Positions 9,269-21,269 of a stretch of DNA of 64,000 nt are shown piece after piece. Numbering within the stretch: position 1 is the first letter of the stretch; every line of letters starts with the position of its first letter. The position numbers and the translations under genes are program-made. The notes under the pieces were generated by a model. That model did not search any database and was not told the origin of the DNA. It worked only from the letters and a program-made list of their open reading frames with translations. Source of the stretch: Candidatus Uhrbacteria bacterium (GTDB taxonomy: Bacteria > Patescibacteriota > Patescibacteriia > UBA9934); assembly GCA_943354605.1 (NCBI GenBank), contig CALRCK010000003.1, forward strand, positions 14,902 to 78,901, written 5' to 3'.

Positions 9269-10516
9269 ATGATGACATTCTCGCACGACACGGAAATTGC
9301 TCAGGCCATGCAAAATGAGCTTGAACGTCAGCGCCACGGATTAGAAATGATTCCATCTGAGAACTTCGTTTCTGAAGCCGTGCTCGCCGCACTGGGAAGC
9401 GTTGCGACAAACAAATACGCAGAAGGATTGCCAGGCAAGCGCTACTACGGCGGATGCTTGCATATCGACGTGATTGAGTCCATCGCCATTGAACGCGCAA
9501 AGAAATTATTCGGCGCTGAGCACGTCAACGTGCAGCCACACTCTGGTGCACCGGCAAACAACGCTGTCTACGCCGCGCTTCTTCAGCCAGGCGACACGGT
9601 GCTTGGTATGGATCTTTCGCACGGCGGACACCTTACCCATGGCCATCCGGTTACTGATGCTGCAAAGCGCTACAACTTCCTTCGGTATAAAACGACCGCC
9701 GATGGCACTATCGACTACGAAGAAATCGAAAGCCTCGCGCGCGAGCACAAGCCAAAGATGATTCTCGTCGGCTATTCTGCGTACACTCGAGAAATCGACT
9801 ACACTCGTATCGCGAAAATCGCCGCAGAAGTTGGCGCGCTGACGATGGCCGACATTGCCCACATCGCCGGCCTCATCGCCGCCGGAGAAATGAACAATCC
9901 CGTTCCACTCTTCGATGTCGTGACGACCACGACACACAAAACCCTTCGCGGTCCACGTGGCGGAATGATCATGTGCAAAGAGATTCATGCAAAGGCTATT
10001 AATAAATCCGTGTTTCCTGGTTTGCAGGGCGGCCCACATGAGAATGGAATTGCGGCAAAAGCAATCGCATTCGGCGAAGCATTGCAGCCAGAGTTTCAGG
10101 AATACGCAAAGCGCATTCGTGCGAATGCGAAAACATTGGCTGACGAGCTTTCAAAGCGCGGATTCACATTGCTCTTTGGCGGAACAGATAATCATCTTCT
10201 CCTCATCGACGTCAGCACCAAGGGCGTTACCGGCGCACAAGCCGAAACTGCACTGGATGCTGCGGGAATCACCGTGAACAAGAATATGATTCCGAACGAT
10301 CCTCGTGGACCAATGGATCCGTCCGGCATTCGTATGGGCACGCCAGCAATTACCACTCGCGGCCTGAATGTGGAGCACATGCCAATCATCGCGGAATGGA
10401 TTGACCGCGCAATTCTCAATCACGCCGATCCTGCTATGCTCAGGAGTATCGCCGACGACGTTCGAAAACTGATGTCGGGGTTCCCGCTGTATCCAAACCT
10501 CACGTATACAACATAA
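9269..10516 (+). CDS. glyA: Serine hydroxymethyltransferase
   Basis: [42 protein letters not shown]. Confidence 0.99.
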   Translation: MMTFSHDTEIAQAMQNELERQRHGLEMIPSENFVSEAVLAALGSVATNKYAEGLPGKRYYGGCLHIDVIESIAIERAKKLFGAEHVNVQPHSGAPANNAVYAALLQPGDTVLGMDLSHGGHLTHGHPVTDAAKRYNFLRYKTTADGTIDYEEIESLAREHKPKMILVGYSAYTREIDYTRIAKIAAEVGALTMADIAHIAGLIAAGEMNNPVPLFDVVTTTTHKTLRGPRGGMIMCKEIHAKAINKSVFPGLQGGPHENGIAAKAIAFGEALQPEFQEYAKRIRANAKTLADELSKRGFTLLFGGTDNHLLLIDVSTKGVTGAQAETALDAAGITVNKNMIPNDPRGPMDPSGIRMGTPAITTRGLNVEHMPIIAEWIDRAILNHADPAMLRSIADDVRKLMSGFPLYPNLTYTT

Positions 10517-10525
10517 AACTCCTCA

Positions 10526-10617
10526 GTCATTGCGAGCGTAGCGACTTGTCCCACGGAGGGGGAAGCAATCTCGGTGAACCTGGATTGCCGCGTCGGGATT
10601 ACCCTCCTCGCAATGAC
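10526..10617. repeat. REP-like palindromic element GTCATTGCGAG...CTCGCAATGAC
   Basis: 11-bp terminal inverted repeats and internal gcaatc/gattgc stem between glyA and folD. Confidence 0.85.
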
Positions 10618-10634
10618 GGAAGTCTGAATCGTGT

Positions 10635-11477
10635 ATGACCGAAATTCTCAACGGAAAAATTCTCGCGAAAACCATTCGCGACAAAGCAAAGCTCCGCGTG
10701 GAAGCTATGGAGGCTCCTCCGGGGCTTGCGGTGATTTTGATTGGTGAGAATCCTGCGTCGCAATTGTATGTTCGCCTCAAAATGGAAGCAGCGAAAGACG
10801 TTGGTATTTACGTTGAACGCCACGAATGCCCGGCAGACATCAGCACAGCAGACGCGATCACAAAAGTTCAAGAACTCAACGAGCGCAACGACATTCACGG
10901 AATTTTGGTGCAGCTGCCGCTTCCTGGCGAGCAGGATACCGACGCCATCATCAGTGCAATCATGCCAATCAAAGACGTGGACGGCTTTCACGCAGAGAAC
11001 CGTCGGCTGCTTCTTGCAAGCACGCCAAACCTTGTTCCACCAACCGCGCTTTCGCTCATGCGACTCATTCAAGCAACACGCATTCCGCTTCGCGGAAAAA
11101 CTGCAGTCATTCTTGGAAACTCACACATTTTCGCCGAACCAATCATCGAATTGCTTCGCGATGCCGGCGTCACGGCAACATTTGTTCCAAAAGACACCGA
11201 AGGTCTTGCCGCAATTACCCGAGCCGCCGACATCCTCATCGTTGCCGTAGGCATCGCGAACTTCGTCACCGCAGACATGGTCAAACCATCCGCCGTCGTC
11301 CTCGACGTTGGCGCCAATAAATCTGGCGACAAAACCATCGGCGACGTCTCAGAAACCGTCATCGGCCACGCCGGATTCCTCTCCCCCGTCCCCGGCGGCG
11401 TTGGTCCACTCACCGTGGCGTATCTTTTACTGAACGTCATCAAAGCGATGGAGCTGCAGGAACGGCTGAGGGGGTAA
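10635..11477 (+). CDS. folD: Methylenetetrahydrofolate dehydrogenase/cyclohydrolase
   Basis: HGILVQLPLP, KDVDGFH, PVPGGVGPLT. Confidence 0.97.
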   Translation: MTEILNGKILAKTIRDKAKLRVEAMEAPPGLAVILIGENPASQLYVRLKMEAAKDVGIYVERHECPADISTADAITKVQELNERNDIHGILVQLPLPGEQDTDAIISAIMPIKDVDGFHAENRRLLLASTPNLVPPTALSLMRLIQATRIPLRGKTAVILGNSHIFAEPIIELLRDAGVTATFVPKDTEGLAAITRAADILIVAVGIANFVTADMVKPSAVVLDVGANKSGDKTIGDVSETVIGHAGFLSPVPGGVGPLTVAYLLLNVIKAMELQERLRG

Positions 11478-11490
11478 GGGAACGAACGAT

Positions 11491-11619
11491 TCAACGGGTG
11501 GCGCCGAGGGAGGTCCCCGTACGGGGCGCAACGAGCGCCGCATGCATTCGATGCTTACGCAAAAGATTCATGCGCGAGCTGAGCACCGTAACGGGGTCCG
11601 AGGCGACAGGACCCGTTGA
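11491..11619. repeat. Nested palindromic element between convergent folD and uvrA
   Basis: Stems tcaacgggt/acccgttga, ccccgtacgg/ccgtaacgggg, gcatg/catgc. Confidence 0.6.
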
Positions 11620-11643
11620 TGAGTGAGCGAAACAAATCCAGCT

Positions 11644-14160
11644 CTATTTCAAATACTTCCGCAAATACTTTCCGGTGTGGCTTTTTGGTTTACGGGCGAT
11701 GTCTTCGGGGGTACCGACGCCGACGACGGTGCCGCCCAAGTCGCCGCCTTCTGGGCCCATGTCAATGAGCCAATCGGCGGTTTTAATGACGTCGAGGTTG
11801 TGTTCGATGACGATCATCGTGTTTCCTTTATCGACGAGCTGATGAAGAACATCGAGCAACTGTTTCACGTCGTCAAAGTGCAAGCCGGTTGTTGGTTCGT
11901 CCAGGAGATACAATGTTTTTCCTGTTTGTCGTTTCGATAACTCCGATGCGAGCTTCACGCGTTGCGCCTCGCCGCCAGAGAGTGTTGTCGCAGACTGACC
12001 AAGCGTGATGTATGAAAGACCAACCTCATTCAAGGCCTTTAGCTTATCGGCGATGTCCGGAATGTCCTTGAAGAACATCTCGGCCTCCTCAATGGTCATG
12101 TCGAGCACTTGGCTGATGTTTTTTTCCTTATAAACGACCTCGAGCGTTTCGCGATTGAAACGTTTTCCTTTACACACTTCGCACGTCACATACACCGTTG
12201 GCAGGAAGTGCATTTCAATTTCAATTTCGCCATGGCCTTCACAGTTCTCGCATCGTCCACCAGGAACGTTAAAGCTAAAGCGGCCTGGCTTGTAGCCACG
12301 GAATCGTGCTTCTTCTGTTGCCGTAAACAACTCACGAATTGGCGCCCATGCACCGGTGTATGTTGCCGGATTGCTTCGCGACGTACGGCCGATGGCGCCT
12401 TGGTCGATGAGAATCGCTTTGTCGATGTATTCAACGCCGAGGACGGACTTCGCGGCTCCAGGAGCATCTTTGCCACCGTACAATTTCTTCGCGATGGCTT
12501 TGTACATCACGTCGTATGCAAGTGTTGATTTCCCGGATCCCGACACACCAGTAACACAAATGAATCGACGCAACGGAAAGTCGACATCGATATTCTTAAG
12601 GTTGTTCTCCGTCGCGCCGCGAACCTTAATCGCTCCGACCGAACTATCGCGCCGTTCCTCGGGGGTTTCGATCTTCGCATCACCACGAAGATACGCCGCG
12701 GTTCGAGACTTCTTGTTCTGGAATACCTCCGGCGTCTTTCCTTCGGCAACCACATATCCCCCGTGCTTTCCTGCACCGGGACCAATCTCCACCATGTAAT
12801 CCGATCGGCGAATGGTGTCTTCGTCGTGTTCAACAACGAGCACCGTGTTACCGATGTCGCGCAAATGCTCGAGGGTTTCGATGAGCCGCTCATTGTCGCG
12901 CTGGTGCAAACCAATCGTGGGCTCGTCGAGCACGTACAGCGCTCCGACGAGGCTCGATCCAATCTGCGATGCCAAACGAATACGCTGTGCTTCACCACCA
13001 GAAAGCGTTCCCGCGGTTCGATTGAGTGTGAGGTAATGCAAACCCACATCGAGCATGAACGATAATCGCGATTCAATTTCCTTCAAGACGGCGCTCGCAA
13101 TGGTTCGTTCACGATCGGAAAGTCCGAGTTCAAGGAAGAACGTCACGGCAGCGTCGATTGACATTGCGGTAACATCGACAATCGATTTCGCTCCGATGAA
13201 AACAGAAAGCGCTTCCTTGCGTAGTCGTGCGCCATGACACGTTTCACAAATCTCCGACGAGAACAGATCAACAGTTCCCAAACCTGAACACGCCGCACAG
13301 GCGCCATACGGACTATTGAAAGAAAACAAACGAGGCTCGATGTCGGGAAATGAAAAACCACACTCGACACAACTAAACTTGGACGACAACAGCCGTTCTT
13401 CTTTGTTTGGCAGAACCGCAATCGCAAGATCCGATCCTTGTGAAAGTGCCTTCTCGAGCGCCTCACTCAAACGCTGACGGTCGTCCTTCTTTGGCGAAAG
13501 CAGTGTGCTCGCAGGCAACGTGTCGATGACGACTTCAATAGTGTGTTGTTTGTAACGCGACAGCTCAATCTTTTCGCTGAGCCGATGAAGCTTCCCGTCC
13601 ACACGCACCTTTGCAAATCCACTGTTGTAGAGGTCGTACAGAAGCTGGTAGTATTCACCCTTTCGTCCGCGAATGATCGGTGCAAGAATCAATACTTCAT
13701 CGCCCGACTTCAACTTTGCAATCCCCTCGACATCGCGAATCACGATATCGCTCATTTCGTCCACGGTAAGCTTCTCGATCTTTTTATGACAGTTCGGACA
13801 AAACGGGACGCCAATGCGAGCGTACAAGACACGAAGATAATCGTAAATCTCGGTGATCGTCGCAATCGTTGACCGAGGGTTTCGAGAATGTGCTTTTTGG
13901 TCAATCGAAATTGCTGGCGACAATCCTTCAATCTCGTCAACATCCGGCTTTTGCATCTGTCCCAAGAATTGCCGAGCGTAGGCCGACAAGGATTCTACGT
14001 ATCGGCGCTGGCCCTCTGCAAAAATCGTATCAAACGCCAAACTCGACTTTCCGCTTCCCGAAAGCCCGGTAATACAAATCATCTGATTCCGCGGCAACGA
14101 AACCGTGATGTTCTTGAGGTTGTGCTGACGCGCACCTTTCACAACAATGTGGTTGAGCAT
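11644..14160 (-). CDS. uvrA: Excinuclease ABC subunit A
   Basis: [14 protein letters not shown], two LSGGEAQR signatures, GVSGSGKST, zinc-finger Cys pairs. Confidence 0.98.
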   Translation of the reverse strand: MLNHIVVKGARQHNLKNITVSLPRNQMICITGLSGSGKSSLAFDTIFAEGQRRYVESLSAYARQFLGQMQKPDVDEIEGLSPAISIDQKAHSRNPRSTIATITEIYDYLRVLYARIGVPFCPNCHKKIEKLTVDEMSDIVIRDVEGIAKLKSGDEVLILAPIIRGRKGEYYQLLYDLYNSGFAKVRVDGKLHRLSEKIELSRYKQHTIEVVIDTLPASTLLSPKKDDRQRLSEALEKALSQGSDLAIAVLPNKEERLLSSKFSCVECGFSFPDIEPRLFSFNSPYGACAACSGLGTVDLFSSEICETCHGARLRKEALSVFIGAKSIVDVTAMSIDAAVTFFLELGLSDRERTIASAVLKEIESRLSFMLDVGLHYLTLNRTAGTLSGGEAQRIRLASQIGSSLVGALYVLDEPTIGLHQRDNERLIETLEHLRDIGNTVLVVEHDEDTIRRSDYMVEIGPGAGKHGGYVVAEGKTPEVFQNKKSRTAAYLRGDAKIETPEERRDSSVGAIKVRGATENNLKNIDVDFPLRRFICVTGVSGSGKSTLAYDVMYKAIAKKLYGGKDAPGAAKSVLGVEYIDKAILIDQGAIGRTSRSNPATYTGAWAPIRELFTATEEARFRGYKPGRFSFNVPGGRCENCEGHGEIEIEMHFLPTVYVTCEVCKGKRFNRETLEVVYKEKNISQVLDMTIEEAEMFFKDIPDIADKLKALNEVGLSYITLGQSATTLSGGEAQRVKLASELSKRQTGKTLYLLDEPTTGLHFDDVKQLLDVLHQLVDKGNTMIVIEHNLDVIKTADWLIDMGPEGGDLGGTVVGVGTPEDIARKPKSHTGKYLRKYLK

Positions 14161-14183
14161 AGATTCGGCAGGAGCGATGGAGA

Positions 14184-16670
14184 TTACCGCGAATCAGCTG
14201 GTGCCGCAACCCGGCGACGTCGGTGCAAAACAATTGTTATTCTGCCATACAACCATCCTCCGTGGCGTTCCTGAATTTGGGCCTCAAGAACAACAGCGAA
14301 AGAATCCTTTCGGAATTCCACTCGTTGGAATGCGATGTTACGAATTTTTCCAGAACCGAATGTGGACCCAATCGACCCCAAGAGTTCCTGTTGAATTGCC
14401 GCATGACGTTCCCAAGAATCTTCGTCGACTTCCCCCTCGTCAACCCACCCATCAATACTGTCCTGAGGAATGCGCTGAGCGGCGCCGAAGAGAACAATAC
14501 TCAGTTTTTCTTGGGCTTCCTGAACAGGGATACTGATTTCTTTTGGCCAGGCCAGCTCCGGAATATCCCAATCGTACACCACCGGAATGTGGGCGTTATC
14601 AATATAAAGGCCCTCCTTTGCTCGCTCAAACGCTCGACGAGTCTCATGCAACCGCTTCTGATGAAATTGCAGCCGTTTTGTTCGTGCGGCACCAGGCTTC
14701 CCCACTGTCCGTGCATGCCGCACAACATCACGAAGTTCTGAATAGGCGTCGCGAGCTTCACGCAGCTCCTGATACTCCTTTCGAAATTGTTTTGGACATG
14801 GATACGGAATATGTTCTGTATATTCATCAAGAATCGATTCGTCAAAAAATTCCGTTCCGCAAGAAAGCATCGATTCCGTTGGCGGTGTAGGCATTGGAGA
14901 ACTTGACGTAGCATCTTGCGATTGCGGGATATTCACAAACGCATGAACAAACGAATCTCCATTTTTTCCATGACGAACATACCCGACAGACATCTGTATT
15001 CCACGAGCACTCGCGACAAGAGAAACATTCGGCTCAAAACCATACCGATTTTGGAGCACCGCTTTCACTGCATCCAGAAAACTCGTTGCAATGCGACGCC
15101 GATCGTCTTCGAAACCACGGGTGCCGTAATATTCACAAAGCACATCGATATCTCGTGAAGAAAACTCTCCAACCACGTCGAGCACATTACGTATCACGTT
15201 GTTCTCCTCAGAATATTCGTCAAGGGTTTCTATGTCGCGACACTCAATATTTGAAACGTAAGGAATGAAACGACCTTCTGGACGCAGTCTGCCATACGCA
15301 CGGCGAGCAGATGCAGCACCGCGGCGAAACGCCTGGCGCAACTCATGAATTTTTTTCGGCGCGTCATCTTCGCTCGTGTCGTCTTCTCCAGTAGACGATT
15401 CATTCGTTCCACGAAGCACGTCGTACATTTGCCCACACTTGGCATACACGTCCTCGTGAAGCGTGAAAAATGTTTGCAGGTCCTCTGCATATTTTTGAGG
15501 AACAACCCGAACGTTCAAAATGTCAACATCCAAAAGTTGCGTTTCGTCTTCCAACAAACTGTCCATGCGTTCATACAATCCACGAATTGCATTGATATGC
15601 ATGCTCATGGATTCCAACGGTACGTCAATCAAGGCGTACACCATGCGATCTTTCAAACGAGGATATTTTTCAATAAACGGGATACACGCAGCGAGCGCTA
15701 ACGAAATCTGAGATACGAGAAGGCGATCCGCGCCACTTTCTGAAGACTTCCCTTCAAAGAGATGTTCGTAAAGCTTCCCCTGCAATGTCGCATTCACGTC
15801 ACGAATTCTTCCTTCACGAAGATATGCAAGAACTTCGTCCTTGATGACTCGGCGACGTTTTTCTTGTTCAAGAATCGCCCTTCGCTCGTGCGCTGGAAGC
15901 CGAAGCATCGACGGACGAGGAGTCTCCATATCCGTCAAACTCACAAGGCCTTCATTAATCCAATGCTGAATTTCGTGAATCATGATTGCGTCGTTTTCAA
16001 CGTTCCCCTGCAACGCTCCACGACGCGTGACCAACGGAACTTGGCGATTCGCGATATTCACCATCTGGGCGCGATGGAATCGGCCACCGCTTCGTTCGTC
16101 TGGCGTTCGTTCGTTGTAAATATCGTTGTACGAATTTTCATCATTCACGGACATGAAAAGAAATCCGTGTACACGCGTCAGCTGGAGATCCTCGGCCCGT
16201 TGTACCTGTGCAAATCGATGAACCATGTCTTTATACAGTTCTTGCCCGAGATTTGCGGCAGACGGCCGAAGCCCCTGTCTTCGAACACTCTTCGTCAGTT
16301 CGTCCATAACGCTCCTTGCGTCTTCTGACTGTTGTCGAAATCGCTCAGCAACGACTCCGCACGCACGCAAAAAGTTCCGGTCCACTGTTCCAGCAGGAAG
16401 ATCAATGGACGACAACATGTCGCTCAAAGAAGGATTTTGCGGTCCAGAACGAAAATACGACTCCACGCGCAATGCCACATCGGCACGCTGAAGCCTACGC
16501 CATACCGCCTCGTCACGCCGACGCTCGGCACGTTTCTCTGGAGTCTCCACCGAGTTGCGAACAAGAAATTTCCCCGTATCAAGCGGAGTTTGCTCACGCG
16601 GCTCACCCTGCGGCTTTGCATCGTGATGCGTTGGCGCACCTTCTGGTATTTTTGGGCCTCCAAATGGCAT
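14184..16670 (-). CDS. Large hypothetical protein with HExxH motif
   Basis: 828-aa ORF filling the uvrB-uvrA gap; HEIQH followed by KDEVLAY. Confidence 0.75.
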   Translation of the reverse strand: MPFGGPKIPEGAPTHHDAKPQGEPREQTPLDTGKFLVRNSVETPEKRAERRRDEAVWRRLQRADVALRVESYFRSGPQNPSLSDMLSSIDLPAGTVDRNFLRACGVVAERFRQQSEDARSVMDELTKSVRRQGLRPSAANLGQELYKDMVHRFAQVQRAEDLQLTRVHGFLFMSVNDENSYNDIYNERTPDERSGGRFHRAQMVNIANRQVPLVTRRGALQGNVENDAIMIHEIQHWINEGLVSLTDMETPRPSMLRLPAHERRAILEQEKRRRVIKDEVLAYLREGRIRDVNATLQGKLYEHLFEGKSSESGADRLLVSQISLALAACIPFIEKYPRLKDRMVYALIDVPLESMSMHINAIRGLYERMDSLLEDETQLLDVDILNVRVVPQKYAEDLQTFFTLHEDVYAKCGQMYDVLRGTNESSTGEDDTSEDDAPKKIHELRQAFRRGAASARRAYGRLRPEGRFIPYVSNIECRDIETLDEYSEENNVIRNVLDVVGEFSSRDIDVLCEYYGTRGFEDDRRRIATSFLDAVKAVLQNRYGFEPNVSLVASARGIQMSVGYVRHGKNGDSFVHAFVNIPQSQDATSSSPMPTPPTESMLSCGTEFFDESILDEYTEHIPYPCPKQFRKEYQELREARDAYSELRDVVRHARTVGKPGAARTKRLQFHQKRLHETRRAFERAKEGLYIDNAHIPVVYDWDIPELAWPKEISIPVQEAQEKLSIVLFGAAQRIPQDSIDGWVDEGEVDEDSWERHAAIQQELLGSIGSTFGSGKIRNIAFQRVEFRKDSFAVVLEAQIQERHGGWLYGRITIVLHRRRRVAAPADSR

Positions 16671-16679
16671 ACCGAATTA

Positions 16680-18764
16680 TTATACTTGATGACGTCCTTG
16701 CGCCTTCTTTCGAGGTTTCTTCTTACCCATACCCGTCAACTCTTTACTGAGCATCGCAATCTCGTCTCGGAGAATCGCCGCGGTTTCGAATAAAAGGTTT
16801 GCCGCAGCGTTATCCATCTCAATTTCCTTCTCGCGAATCGCTTCCTCAATCTCCATTGGCGTTGCACTGATTTCGATATCGAGAATCTTCGACGTGTCGG
16901 CATCGAAATTCCGATCAAGTTCCGCACGAATATCCTTAATGGTCTTGATGATGGTCTGCGGTGTGATGTTGTGTACAACGTTGTACGCGATTTGAATGTT
17001 TCGACGGCGTTCGGTTTCCTTCAGCGCCCGGTCGAGCGATCCGGTCATCTTGTCCGCATACAAAACAACTAAACCGTTCACGTTACGCGCAGCGCGACCG
17101 ATCGTTTGGATGAGCGAGGTCTCCGATCGAAGGAACCCTTCCTTATCTGCATCGAGCACGCCAATAAGCGAAACTTCTGGAAGATCGAGGCCCTCACGAA
17201 GAAGGTTTACGCCAACCACAACGTCGTACGCACCGCGACGAAGCTCCGAAAGAATCGTGATTCGATCAAGCGTTTCAACATCGGAATGCAAGTACGCCAC
17301 CTTCATGCCACCTTCCTTGAGGTACGTCGCCAAATCCTCGGCCATTTTCTTTGTGAGTGTCGTCACGAGCGCGCGTTCGCCTTTCGTTACGCGGTCTTTG
17401 ATACGTTCGATGATATCGGCAACTTGGCCGGGATATTCAGACGCCGCTGGATCCCCGCCTTCGCGGGGATGACCAGAAACTGATGAGGCCGTCACTGGCA
17501 ACACCAGCGTCTCAGGATCGACTAATCCCGTTGGACGAATAATCTGCTCAACAATGTTCTGCGACGTTTCTTTTTCAACAACACCCGGCGTTGCCGAAAC
17601 ATAAACGGCTTGACCGATCGTTTCATCGAACTCCTGGTACGTCAGTGGCCGATTATCCTTCGCACTTGGTAGTCGGAAACCGAAATCCACCAACGTCTGC
17701 TTTCGTGCCTGGTCGCCCGCAAACATTCCACCAATCTGCGGAAGCGTGACGTGCGATTCGTCGATAATCGTCAAAAAGTCTTTCGGGAAATACGACAGCA
17801 GCGTGTGCGCCGGTTCACCAATACGTCGGCCGTCGAAATGGCGAGAGTAATTTTCAATGCCGCTGCAGTATCCAACGTTCCGGATCATCTCAATGTCGTA
17901 TCGTGTGCGGCGCATTAAGCGTTCCGATTCTAACAGCTTCCCTTCTTTTTCGAATTCCTTTAATCGATCAGCAAGCTCTGCCTCGATGTCGCGGATGGCG
18001 CGTTCGCGTTCGGTGCTGTCGGACATAAAGTGCTTTGCTGGGAAAAACCATGCGTCTTCGTTCTGCACGATAATCTTTCTCGTCACTTTATTCAACGCAA
18101 AAATTTCACGTACCGCATTGCCCTCGATGACGATGCGGTACACCGTTTCATCGCTTGGCGGCATCACCTCGATAACGTCGCCGTTTGCGCGGAAATGTCC
18201 ACGAGTCAGGTCCGCATTCGTTCGTTCGTATTGCATCGCCACAAGTTGGCGAAGAAACTCTGCGCGGTCGATACGGTCGTTGACGCGCAAATGAAGCACC
18301 TCGCGCTTGTACGCTTCCGGCGAACCCAAACCATAAATACAGCTCACCGATGCGACCACAATGACATCACGACGGGAAAGCAACGATTGCGTTGCTGCGT
18401 GGCGAAGACGATCAATTTCCTCGTTAATCTGTGCGTCCTTTTCAATATACGTATCGGTTCGCGGCATGTATGCCTCTGGCTGGTAGTAGTCGTAATACGA
18501 AACGAAATACGACACCGCATTCTCCGGGAAAAACTCCCGGAATTCGGAGCACAGCTGTGCGGCAAGTGTTTTGTTGTGCGCAATCACCAAGGTCGGCTTC
18601 TGCACGTTCTGAATAACGTTTGCCATCGTAAACGTCTTTCCCGAACCCGTAACCCCAAGCAACGTCTGCCGGTGCAGGCCGTCGTTGATGCCATCGGTGA
18701 GATCTGAGATGGCTTTCGGCTGATCACCGGCTGGCTGGTATTTGGATACGAGGTTGAACGACAT
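16680..18764 (-). CDS. uvrB: Excinuclease ABC subunit B
   Basis: PAGDQP, GVTGSGKT, FVSYYDYYQPEAY, DESH, IQTIGRAARN; start at MSFNLV. Confidence 0.99.
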   Translation of the reverse strand: MSFNLVSKYQPAGDQPKAISDLTDGINDGLHRQTLLGVTGSGKTFTMANVIQNVQKPTLVIAHNKTLAAQLCSEFREFFPENAVSYFVSYYDYYQPEAYMPRTDTYIEKDAQINEEIDRLRHAATQSLLSRRDVIVVASVSCIYGLGSPEAYKREVLHLRVNDRIDRAEFLRQLVAMQYERTNADLTRGHFRANGDVIEVMPPSDETVYRIVIEGNAVREIFALNKVTRKIIVQNEDAWFFPAKHFMSDSTERERAIRDIEAELADRLKEFEKEGKLLESERLMRRTRYDIEMIRNVGYCSGIENYSRHFDGRRIGEPAHTLLSYFPKDFLTIIDESHVTLPQIGGMFAGDQARKQTLVDFGFRLPSAKDNRPLTYQEFDETIGQAVYVSATPGVVEKETSQNIVEQIIRPTGLVDPETLVLPVTASSVSGHPREGGDPAASEYPGQVADIIERIKDRVTKGERALVTTLTKKMAEDLATYLKEGGMKVAYLHSDVETLDRITILSELRRGAYDVVVGVNLLREGLDLPEVSLIGVLDADKEGFLRSETSLIQTIGRAARNVNGLVVLYADKMTGSLDRALKETERRRNIQIAYNVVHNITPQTIIKTIKDIRAELDRNFDADTSKILDIEISATPMEIEEAIREKEIEMDNAAANLLFETAAILRDEIAMLSKELTGMGKKKPRKKAQGRHQV
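17447..17473 (-). repeat. 27-bp palindromic repeat inside uvrB
   Basis: GTCATCCCCGCGAAGGCGGGGATCCAG, translated GHPREGGDPA. Confidence 0.9.
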
Positions 18765-18983
18765 AATAGCAATTTCACCCTCGAGTGTTTCTCTAGGGGT
18801 ACGTGTCATCGGCTGTTCTTCTACTATACCAAACAAAATACGAACGGACAATCAATATCCACAGAAGTGCTACAATCGATGGCGAAGCTAAGCTTAGACA
18901 AAAAAATCACCGGAAACCCCTTATATTTTGCAAAACAAATTTTGGCGAAGCTAAGCTTCGCCGTCTCACCGTCCTCCAGTCGT

Positions 18984-19841
18984 ATGCGGTTCAAGCTGTT
19001 CCAAAATCTCAACCGACTTCGAATCGTGAGGGACGTTTGTCCGTTGCCCGGATTTCCGTCGCACGATGCATGCATCTGGAAAGGGCGGGCAACGCAATCG
19101 CGATTCCCTGTTATCGAACATGCAAACGGCTACACAGTCACCGATTTCAAAAACCGATGTATCACGTGGCACAGAACCTTTACCAACGATCACGATATTC
19201 CGACACTCGAATCGAAAAGCCTCATTCACATTCACGAATGGATTCCACCAACATATATCAAAAAAATTCCTGGCTTCTTTTCTTTCAGCATGGATCATTT
19301 TGAGGCGGTCACCGTCCTCACGCCAGAGCCGACAAAACTTTGGAGCTCGCAAGCTCGACGGCATTTGTCTTCAGCAAGGAAAAATCCCGATCTCAAACTT
19401 CGCCTCGGCACAATCGATGAAGTCGCGAACATGCTACCAATGTCTCAGGTGCCAAAATCGTTGCATCAAACATTTCTCGATTTCGCCAAACGTCACATCG
19501 TCGCGCATCCAGAAGACGTCGAGATTCTCATCGCAACACTCAACGACAAACCCGTCGCAGGATTCATCGCTGGCTATTGCGCCGAGGCAAGGGAAAGCTC
19601 GTACCTCGTGGGCTGTTTTACTGGCGATGGCGGAAAAACACACGCGATGGTTGCGCTCGTGGCGTGGTGGTTTGAACGATGCACCGCGCGCGGCATGGTG
19701 CACGCAAATTTTGGCGACATCGTCGGCCCTCGCCCGTTCCCGTTCGACGACTTCATTGGGTATTCCAACTTCAAAACACACTTCAACATCCATCGCGTGT
19801 GGATGCCAGGAAGTCGGTGGAACATTTCGCTATCGTTGTAA
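18984..19841 (+). CDS. GNAT/FemAB-like acyltransferase
   Basis: WSSQARRHL helix, SYLVG, NFG...GYSNFKTHF pattern typical of FemABX-like GNAT proteins; start uncertain. Confidence 0.65.
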   Translation: MRFKLFQNLNRLRIVRDVCPLPGFPSHDACIWKGRATQSRFPVIEHANGYTVTDFKNRCITWHRTFTNDHDIPTLESKSLIHIHEWIPPTYIKKIPGFFSFSMDHFEAVTVLTPEPTKLWSSQARRHLSSARKNPDLKLRLGTIDEVANMLPMSQVPKSLHQTFLDFAKRHIVAHPEDVEILIATLNDKPVAGFIAGYCAEARESSYLVGCFTGDGGKTHAMVALVAWWFERCTARGMVHANFGDIVGPRPFPFDDFIGYSNFKTHFNIHRVWMPGSRWNISLSL

Positions 19842-20345
19842 CTCCTTCACAACATTCTTCTCCAAATCGACAAGATCGAGAACCTCCTCCATGCGCTCCA
19901 CTTCGGCAGGATCTTTTTCTTTCACAAGCAATTTCTTTTCCACGCGCTCGATCATCCGCAGAATCTGGGTGATTTCTTGTTCTGCTGTTACGTTCACCTG
20001 AAAATCGAGCTCTTCGCGAAGATCTGCAATCTTCGCGGCGCGATTCTGGCTGATAAGCACAATAATGGACAAGAAGATTGCTTCGAGCGACACCACCATT
20101 GTGAGCATGCCATACGGATACGGATCGAATGGCGTGAACCCATGAATCACATTCGAGTTCACCACAACCCATGCAAGAAACAACACGGCGTTGATGTTAA
20201 AGAATGCAATCGTTCCAAAAGAGTCTGTCAAAAAATCCGCAACGCGCTCGCTCATGCTGCGCTTGCGATTCATTTCTGCAGAAAACACCGGCGTGCGCCG
20301 TTTCACCCCACGGACCGTGGTTCGTTCCCTCCTCCGTTGTGACAT
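19830..20345 (-). CDS. DUF1003 membrane protein
   Basis: ERVAD....FG, FDPYPY.ML..VVSLEAIFLS..VLISQNR signature. Confidence 0.9.
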   Translation of the reverse strand: MSQRRRERTTVRGVKRRTPVFSAEMNRKRSMSERVADFLTDSFGTIAFFNINAVLFLAWVVVNSNVIHGFTPFDPYPYGMLTMVVSLEAIFLSIIVLISQNRAAKIADLREELDFQVNVTAEQEITQILRMIERVEKKLLVKEKDPAEVERMEEVLDLVDLEKNVVKELQR

Positions 20346-20369
20346 AGATACCCGTATTGTAGCACGAGC

Positions 20370-21227
20370 CTAGAGTTCCGATCGTGGAATTTCTACCGCA
20401 ATCGGACCAGCGACGTACGGCGCGATGGCGTATGGATTGTAAAAGATACCAATTGCGTCAGGCGTCAGATAAAAAATCGCGTCGTCGATATATTGATCCG
20501 TTGGTCCGTCGGTTGGGTTGAGAACGTACGCTTTAAACTCGCTCAACGATTCTTCGAACAACACATCGGATTGATGATCGATGAGCCATTGTTTTTCCTT
20601 CACCTCAAAATCTGCCCACCGCCCAGCAGGAAGCACATCGCGCAATGTCAGTTGCTTTCCCGTTTTCACGTCGAAGTTGAGGAAGAGTTGCGTAATGTTT
20701 GGATGCGCACCGCCTTGATTCAAGTAATTCGACAATCCGATCGAAAGAATATCGTTGGCATTCTGCTTGATATCGTAGCCCACTTCGCTCGTCCATGCTT
20801 CTTGCGCTGAAGTGATTGGGTCGTCCATCTGCGCAACGAGATCCGTAAGATCCGCTTTACAGGAACTGACGAAACTCGTGGCAGCGTGATCGAGATCCTC
20901 ATCGTCGGTCACGAGAAATTCTTTTACCGCCTCGGCAATCTGCGCGTTGAGAGAATCGCGAATCTCCGTCGAAGGGCCAGATGAATCTTCAATTTGTGGA
21001 TACAGTAATTTCACATCGCATCCACCAGTGCCCCTCACATCTTCATGGCGTGTCTGTGTTACCTCGCGGAACGCGAGATCCTTTCCTGCTGCGACAGTGA
21101 CAGTATCCGAATCCTCCGAATCCGCCGTTGAAATACCATCCACGTCCCACCGATAGAGAAAATATCCACCAGAGGCAAGTACCACAAGAACTGCGAGACC
21201 GACCACAATGCCGTTCAGATTCTTCAT
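20370..21227 (-). CDS. DUF3298/DUF4163 (RsiV/PdaC-like) membrane-anchored protein
   Basis: GGAHP, NFDVKTGKQLTLRDV, YNPYAIAPYVAG. Confidence 0.85.
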   Translation of the reverse strand: MKNLNGIVVGLAVLVVLASGGYFLYRWDVDGISTADSEDSDTVTVAAGKDLAFREVTQTRHEDVRGTGGCDVKLLYPQIEDSSGPSTEIRDSLNAQIAEAVKEFLVTDDEDLDHAATSFVSSCKADLTDLVAQMDDPITSAQEAWTSEVGYDIKQNANDILSIGLSNYLNQGGAHPNITQLFLNFDVKTGKQLTLRDVLPAGRWADFEVKEKQWLIDHQSDVLFEESLSEFKAYVLNPTDGPTDQYIDDAIFYLTPDAIGIFYNPYAIAPYVAGPIAVEIPRSEL

Positions 21228-21269
21228 ATGCGAGCATGGTAGCAAACGTCGGTAAAAAAGACACTCAAT

